A DNA stretch of 57,731 bases, the filler included, from Circinaria calcarea (taxonomy: Eukaryota), in the NCBI GenBank assembly GCA_051942165.1. It is 6 parts of 6 records of this genome, joined end to end, with 100 filler letters (N's around TTAATTAATTAA, not from the genome) between each part and the next. Parts side by side here need not be neighbours in the genome. Positions count along the whole stretch, not along the records: positions 48,202 to 57,731 come from JAVECS010000920.1; 5 more parts are not named here. One strand, given 5' to 3'. A program made the position numbers and the translations under genes. The notes beneath the pieces were generated by a model that did not search any database, had not been told where the DNA came from, and saw nothing but the letters and a program-made list of their open reading frames with translations. Shown here in pieces: positions 50,742 to 57,731 of the stretch. The first letter of the stretch is position 1; the number at the start of each line of letters is the position of its first letter.

Positions 50742-52280
50742 TTCTGTATATAATTATTAATTTAGATTTAGATCTAGATTAACTATAGACAAATAAAAGA
50801 CAGTATCTCCGCCTATTTACACGTAAATTTGCCCGTAGAACCGCGAGAAAAAGTCCTTGTTAAATAACCCCTAAGGTGTTCCGCCTCTAAAAGCTCGACG
50901 AAAACTTTACGAATTTACTGCGCACGCAATTCTGGACCGATTTGGCTCAAATTAACATATTCTATTGATTAATAGTATTATTTATTATCTAAATTATGAG
51001 ACTCTAATGCCTTGATGCGCGTGCTGGAATCAAGTGCACGAAGGTTTATTGTAATATTACGGGCGGATGACACTTTAGGGCGGTCATCCGCGGATCATCC
51101 ACGCTATTTGACCTACGATATCCTTCTGATATTATCTGGGGCTTCTATGTGCAAGGCATTATCCGGAGGGGAAGCTACTTAGTATGAGCGGAGGGGTCTC
51201 CCAGATTATTTATCAGGAGCGAGGGCAAAGGTCAGTAATACACTTAATATTAGCTCTTGAAACTGATCTCTCGGTTATATATAAGGTACATTCTTCACGT
51301 TCTATAACCAACCACAGTGATGCCTCCTAAACAAGAAATGCCCCTTCGAACGCATCTTTCAGGATTCTAATCACACACGCTCTCTTTGCGTTTCAATAGA
51401 TCATAAATTCACGTTCCTACAAAACACACGCCACGGTCGATCCACGGCGGGATCCCCGAGTCAAAATCCTACCAACGAGAAGATTATGGGATCCACATTA
51501 GAAACCTCTCTGGTGAATTGCAAGTTGTTGGAATCGTCGATACAGCTATCTAAAAAGCGCTGCTGCTATTGCCGATGGTAGAAATCACGGTATTGCGGCT
51601 CAAGCAGAGCACCGGCGTATTCAGTTTGAGTTGACTCTGTAGCATACATAACAGAGGAAAAATGGCCAAATACATCTTTAGTATGAGTACGACTGGTTGG
51701 AGAGGGAATTGGGTGTTGTCAGTAGATGTTTTTGTCTTTGAGTATGGTTTATTTCTCAAACTGCTGTACATCCTCTAGTTACAGATGGTTGGTTGGAGCA
51801 GGGTGGACAAGAAGATTAATATGTGCCCACCTTGGTCCTTCTCTTCCGAAGATTGCCGCCAATGACTAGCAGATAGATCCCCATAACATAAGGCGATTTC
51901 CCAATTGCTCCTCCACTTCCTAAAGTCTGATAACATTGGTGCAACTCGAAGTAGATAATCCGAATCCACCAAAGGATTTACACACATATGATCGATTCAG
52001 CCTCTCTTTATCCCCAGACTCCAAGCATAACAACCAGCTTCAGCCTAATCAAGATCCGGAAAATACAACAGCTGAAACACCAGCGGATTACATCATGGTA
52101 ACCTACAAAGCATGCTTGTCAGGGTCCGTGCGATCGCTGCAGTGCCGCACATATTCCGTAAGCTCAACCAAAGAAGCGATGTTTATCGAAGCCTCCTCGA
52201 CTCGGCGAGTTGACCACGAACGATGGTTGTGGTATCGATTGGAGGAGAGGATAGTTCAGGCCGATCGGCTGATATGGCCA

Positions 52281-55200
52281 TCATATTACTGGGTCAACCT
52301 CAAAACACCCGAGCAGAAGGTCGGAGTCTAGCTGTTCACCGATGATCACATTGTGATTCATGCTTTCCAGCTTCAGCTTTGGACCAGCACCTCCAGTGAA
52401 AATCTGCTTGTGCAGCCCTGCCTGACGACAGAGAGAGCTAAATCTGGGGCGTAGCTGCTTCAGCGCGTCTATGAAGACTTTTAGTTTATCACCTTCCAGT
52501 TCAAAATACCTAAAGCAATGTCATTACGTTATGATGATAAAACCCAAATAAATAAACTTAGCATACTGTTCGGTTTTTACCATCGTATCATCATCGAAAG
52601 CACTCTTTATGTTTCTCATGGGTAGAAGAGTCCATCCATTCTCATCCCCAATCTCTGATAGCCGCTCATTGAAGTCGAAAAGCTTTTTGCCCCTATCTTT
52701 TATTTTCCTTATTTTCTCTCGTCGGGAAACGTATTTTGCAGCGTTGCTTTCGTACTCTTGTAGTGTTATCTGCAGACAATCAATAACGAGACTATCCAAT
52801 GCACAGGTAGCGATTTTTTGATTTTTTCCCGCAATCTTCTTAGGAGCACTCCGAGGTTTTTCTTCATTTTTCCGCTTGTTGATGCGATGATATTCATATC
52901 GCCATAAAAAATGATCGTAAAGCGCCATTTCTAATAGACGCCGTTGAACATCAAGACAAGCCATTTTGACGTCGTTTACCACGTATAGCTGATATATGCT
53001 GCGGGCTTGGTTTGTACCAAATTCCTGAAACTGATTTGGATATCGACACAAGACGGAAAGGTCAATTAGAACTTGATGACCGCCAATAACGGAAGCAAGA
53101 GTAAGGATTTTATAAATATCAGCAGCTTGCAGAGTGGTGGACTGAACCTGGCAGTCGTAAAAGCGGACCCACTGTGGATTGAATACTTCCAAGTTCCGGC
53201 GGTGACCGTGCTGCTTCGATCCCGTGGTTTGATGTGGGTTAACAGGCAGTGTCCATCTTGTTATTGACTGGTTATCGTCGCTCTCCCATGACCGCTTTCT
53301 CAAAGTAGATTCGGAGATATCGTCAAGGTAAGATGAAATCCAAATTTGTTCGTGGAACGGCTGAAGCAGCTTTGCGATATATCTCGCTCGGAGTTTTGAG
53401 ATGTCAGTTATGGTAAGAACATCAGGATCCAGAAGCGACTCAGCCCTAAGAATAGTAAATAGCCCACAATTCCACGTATCAGCGTCTGCATTATATAGCT
53501 GTTATTAGAAGTATTAGTGATGTTGAAATTCAAACAACAATTTAATAATGACGTACCTCTTTAGTTTCGCGTCTTATGTTAGGGTAAACCTCTGAAAAGC
53601 AGTCATACACGAATTGTGTTCTCTCGTCGAATTTATCGGTTGTATTGTACACAGTAAAGGTGAAGTCTACGGTATCAACCACAATAAGGCACCAGTGATT
53701 TTCGTAGTGACAAGGTAAAAGGATTAAGTTGACTTCATCGGAACATATGAGCCGTGTAGAGTCTCTCTGATCATGGGCAGCTTGAGTTACTAAAGAGTCA
53801 ATAACCACCCACGCACGTTCAGACTGCCGAAAAAGCAATCGAATCGTATCAATTACAATAGTGTCACTGAGCCAAGAGTCACTAAGAGGAGACTTTTCTG
53901 GCAGAAACCTTTGAAGGTCGAGACGAACTTGCTCAGAATTAGAAAACGATGATATGAATGGTATTTTAGCCTTCGTATCAAGCTTTGAAAAGTTTTTTGT
54001 AGCAAAGTCAATCCACCATTGAATTATGTCAACGAATGGCACGCTGTTTAATGGAGGACTTAGAGATAATAGCGGCGGCTTGTCTGCTGTAGGCGAACGC
54101 ACGAGCATAGCAGTACCACTACCTGTGGAAGTCTCCGGCGCCTTCTCGGCACCCACTGGTCCCGATCCTGGTTGCTGCAAAATAGCGGCCGGAGAAGAAG
54201 GTTCGGATATAACTGGTAAGCTAGTTTGGCTGGCATTTGACGGTTTATCTGTGGGATCTGTCCCTGAGAGCATTACCGATGTGGGATCTGTATCTGAGAG
54301 CGCTACCGATGTTGGATCTATCTCTGAGAGCATTACCGATGTGGGATCTATCTCTGAAAGCATTACCGATATAGGATTTGTATCTGAGAGCACTACCGAT
54401 TCGTCGCTCGATACTGAAGCAGTATCAAAATTTGCATTACTCTTTGACGTAAGGTTCTTTCGTGGAGTAATGACCATTTTTTTGATACCGGCCTTGGACT
54501 CGTTCACTACCGTCTTCGCAATGGCTGAACTTGGTAATGAAGCTTTTTGGGTGTGCGAATTAGCGAGTCGAGCCGAGCAACGAACGGGATGTATTTCCGG
54601 AACCTTGATCAAGCCCTTTTTCGACGTCCTAGTCATCTTCGGGGAATCCTCCCATGATATATCGATATCGAGTAGCCTCGGGGTCTCTATCTTCATGTCG
54701 ATTACACACATAGGCTTTACATTGGGGCATAATCCAATGCTCTGACGACACTCGAGATAAAAGGGATCCACAACCCAATCATCTTGCGAGTAGTTGATTG
54801 CCTCTGCCATGTTGGCTTCGAGATTTATGCCCCAGTGGTAGGCATCTGACTGAAGTAATACCAAGTCTCCTGGCTTTTGAAGGATAATTTTGAACTTAAC
54901 CTTCCAACTGCGGAGTAGAGACGGTGAGGGAACCAATCCATAATGGCGGAGAAACTGACTGCACTCCGGTTTTTTAATTCGAAGTTTCTCAATCAATCGG
55001 CTCTCTAACTGAGATTTTGATCTGGGGTCGACAACAATCCAAAGTTTGGCTCCAAAGTACAGCAGATTGGCTGACTTTAAGTAAAAGTCCTCGACGTGAA
55101 GTGGAAACACTGAGCTGGATGAGGTTGAAATGTATACGAAACTTGAATGAATACCAGGAAAATGCTTGGCTGTACTTAGTAAATGTACGCCCGGCTGAAG

Positions 55201-55930
55201 TCCCGGTTCAGGAAGGCCGAGGTTGCTCCGAACTTCAGATCTATGCGCCGTCACGTTTAGGTATTCATGTACTGCATTGCTGCTTGCGAGTTCTGCTAGG
55301 CGTAACTCAAAAAGGTCCTCATGATCCGTCTTCCTATAGTCAATGTTTGTGTCTGAGAATGGGGGTATTATAAACGATTCTTCCGATTCAGCCAACTCCT
55401 TTCTCACGCCTTCCTGCACAACCAATATGTCATACTGTTCAGTAGAATATGTCTGTTGCAGCACGCTTCCTCGAGTCAGTGGCATCCTTAGTGCATCTTT
55501 AGCGGTAGCCCCGGTTCTGATGTGGAAGAATCCGAAGGGCGTTGGTGATAGCCCACTTTCGAGTTGGAAGAGATCAGTGAAACTCGCATGAGGGATATTG
55601 TAAACCTCATTGTGATGGTTTGCCTGCTCTGAAGTTGGTGGTGTGGGTAATGGCGATGTTCCTTGGAAAAACGACTCGTCACTGATAATACCGGATGACT
55701 CAAGCTGAGCTACACATGGCGTATTCTTTCGAACGCTGGAACCCTCAGAGGAGATAGCCCCAACATCGAGCTCGCGGAGCAGCTCATGTCGTATTAATTT
55801 GAATTCATTGGGGGAGGAGGTTTTCTTTATATGCGACAAAAGGGCTTTAATCTGGCGAGATAGTTAGTACAAGAAAGCTAGGTATAAAACCATCGATTCC
55901 TACTTCTTGCAGTTTAGTATCTTGAGCCAT
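52281..55930 (-). CDS. JmjC (KDM4-like) demethylase + Ulp1-like (C48) cysteine protease fusion with unknown C-terminal helical domain, ~1150 aa
   Basis: Four exons joined in frame by canonical introns (~55853-55903, 53499-~53555, ~52510-52566). JmjC: FPLHVED, SAN, GAKLW, CSQFLRH, QKPGDLV, YHWGIN, AEAINY. Protease: WLSDTIV, IDSL, LLPC..NHWCLIVVD, YNT, WNCGLF. No internal stops found. Confidence 0.85.
54251..54400 (-). repeat. Coding tandem repeat, 5 x 30 bp
   Basis: Encodes SVVLSDTNPI SVMLSEIDPT SVMLSEIDPT SVALSDTDPT SVMLSGTDPT. Confidence 0.95.
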
Positions 55931-56025
55931 CTCACCGGAGGTTCAGTATATCATTGATTGAAGATTAATTGAAAAGTAGATTTTACACCGAAGTATTCGA
56001 CGTGAAATAATTCTCTAACTAATAA

Positions 56026-56081
56026 GGGTTTAGCGTGCAGAGCTCAAGGTAAAACCACCGTGAGCTCTGCACGCTAAACCC
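56026..56081. repeat. Perfect 21-bp inverted repeat with 14-nt loop
   Basis: GGGTTTAGCGTGCAGAGCTCA-AGGTAAAACCACCG-TGAGCTCTGCACGCTAAACCC. Confidence 0.97.
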
Positions 56082-56201
56082 GTTCCTTATTGGCGCCACC
56101 AACCATAAAGCGAAAACAAAGGACATATGCTCTTTACTTTCTGTCTATTCTTTTTCCTCTTTTACTTTCCTACAAGCTGCTACTCCTTCTTGGTCTTGAG
56201 G

Positions 56202-57731
56202 TTACGGTAGCTTTTCCTTTTTTACCGCCTGATCCTGAGCAGCTTTCGAATGCGCCCCTAAGGGTGTTGAATTTGAGAGGGAAGACGTGCTATGAGCATG
56301 ACGCCGAGTCTGTTCTTCAAGGATATGCCGCTGCCGTTCTATTTCTTGTTCTTTTCCCTCTAATTTGCTTTGATCCTCAACAAGCTTTCGGCGGGTGTTC
56401 TCCTGTTCTCGCCTTCGGCTCTCCAACGCCAGTTTCTCTGACTCAAGCTGTCGAAGATGTTCTTGGGCTTCATTATTCTGTGCAGATAAATGTTGTTGTA
56501 GCTGCTCCGGGATATCTTGCATCGGTGTGTCTCTCGAAGGCTCGTCCCCAGTGGGTTGTCTCGATGGCGGTGACGAAACCATATTAATATTTGATGTAGC
56601 TGTCGACCTGCAACTGATTATTGCCTGGACAGCATCGTCTTGCTCTGGCACGCCGAAAAAGCTCAAGTACCAACATCTCAGGCGGAACATAGAGGTGATC
56701 TGCTTGCCTTGCTCCTCTCTTCTATCATGAAGATGGCGAAGGAACAAATACTTACGGTCTTCTTCATAAGTGGAAGTAAGCGGTATACCACACCTTTTAT
56801 TCGACGTTATCTCGTAATCATCCGTTACGAGAAGTGGCTGCTGAGGTTCTATTAACCCGATTTCGCTCTCATCCTTGGAATACTGCCTCAAGGCTTCTAT
56901 TTCAGGGGACTCAAATCCCAATTGATAAGTAAGATCGGCCATGTTGCGAAGAGCTTTGGTATTTATTGCGGCCGGTAGCTTCGCTAGAACTATTCTCCCA
57001 CTTGGCTTTTTGGGGATTTCACGGTGGTGTCGTAGAGCATACGCGCAAAGTGTTCGGTAGCCTAGGTTTTTGATGTCACTTGAGCCAGCTGGCATAGGAG
57101 TTAATCTTGACTCTGTTTCCTGTATCAAGATCAAGCCTTTTGTCTGGTTTACCCCTGTGTATATTCCCTCGATGGCCGTCCGCAGGGTATCACGGGAACC
57201 TATGGATACCAGCCACTTAAGGCAGTCCGAGATGGCATAGAGGAGAGCAACGTCTTTATGAAAAGTAATTAGGGAGGGCATTAGTCGCCTAAAATCTAAT
57301 AGTTTAATTAGAATTCTTTCGCGCTCTTGGCCGGTGAAGTTTTAGAAAATTTCCCCGCTAAGAACCTTATTACGTATAGTTTTTGCGTCGGCTATAGATG
57401 CCCAGGGAGCTTTAAGCTCTAACGCCTTAACTGTTATAGAATCAACCTTCGCCATCGCAGCCTTATCATTATGGAGAATGACACTCCAGGTTTTTTCGAT
57501 ATGTTCGACGAGGTAATGAGAAATCTCCTAGGATTAAATCAGTATAGGTGAAAAATCTGCAAAACGGAAAATTAACTTACCTCATCGCATCTAGAAGCGG
57601 AGTCTTTATGGGAAGTACTAATTTTCATTCCCGCTATGATTCCGGGTATCTCTCGTAGCGAATCATATGCAGCAGCGCGGTCTTTATGTTTCGTAATATT
57701 CTTTAGATTACGGGCCCTGTGAGGAGATAAA
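56202..57731 (-). pseudogene. DUF3723-family gene (Starship-associated), 5' end outside the window, in-frame stop
   Basis: IPGI..GMKI..HK....CDEEISHYL, KVDSITVKALELKAPWAS, MPSLITFHKD, YALRHH, LGFESPEI, KRCGIP...YEEDRKYLFL, ITSMFRLRCWYLSFFG, then coiled coil. In-frame TAA at 57342-57344; intron ~57528-57580. Confidence 0.82.

Noticed and set aside
51320..52331. Possible plus-strand gene including ORF 51936-52331
   Set aside because: Frames are interrupted by stops, no family is recognised, and it overlaps the 3' end of the JmjC-Ulp1 gene; at most a relic.
54026..54745. 239-aa plus-strand ORF (also 36035-36673, 8747-9208, 28130-28744, 56090-56587)
   Set aside because: Antisense shadows of real genes.
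8719..55930. Apparent genome-maintenance/chromatin cluster (Chk1, Sir2, Yen1, JmjC)
   Set aside because: The genes sit on different size-sorted contigs, so co-occurrence is an artefact.

Overview
Filamentous ascomycete (Pezizomycotina) DNA with intron-rich genes (GT-AG, CTAAC/CTGAC branch sites). The window is not one locus. It is six contigs of 9547, 9542, 9541, 9536, 9535 and 9530 bp, in descending size order, joined by identical 100-bp N/TTAATTAATTAA/N linkers, so only within-contig neighbourhoods mean anything. Contigs 1-5 carry mostly housekeeping genes: an amino-acid permease with an in-frame stop, a 2OG-Fe(II) oxygenase, a kelch+DUF3433 membrane protein, Chk1, RPL3, a small NuiA-like protein, KRE6/SKN1, a sirtuin, two F-box-like/DUF7730-type paralogues, a HIT protein, SPB4, DGK1, ARP10, YEN1/GEN1, a Zn2Cys6 factor, a GFA protein and a Cyt-4-like fragment. 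They also hold a MITE-like element and a ~211-bp repeat. Contig 6 (48202-57731) looks like accessory/mobile DNA: a broken Crypton-type tyrosine recombinase, a broken Starship-associated DUF3723 gene, a perfect 21-bp hairpin and, between them, an apparently intact ~1150-aa gene. That gene fuses a KDM4-like JmjC demethylase, a tandem SIM-like repeat and a Ulp1-like protease. It is the best candidate for a novel system (a mobile-element-borne anti-silencing chromatin eraser). All family calls come from motif recognition by eye; no searches were run.
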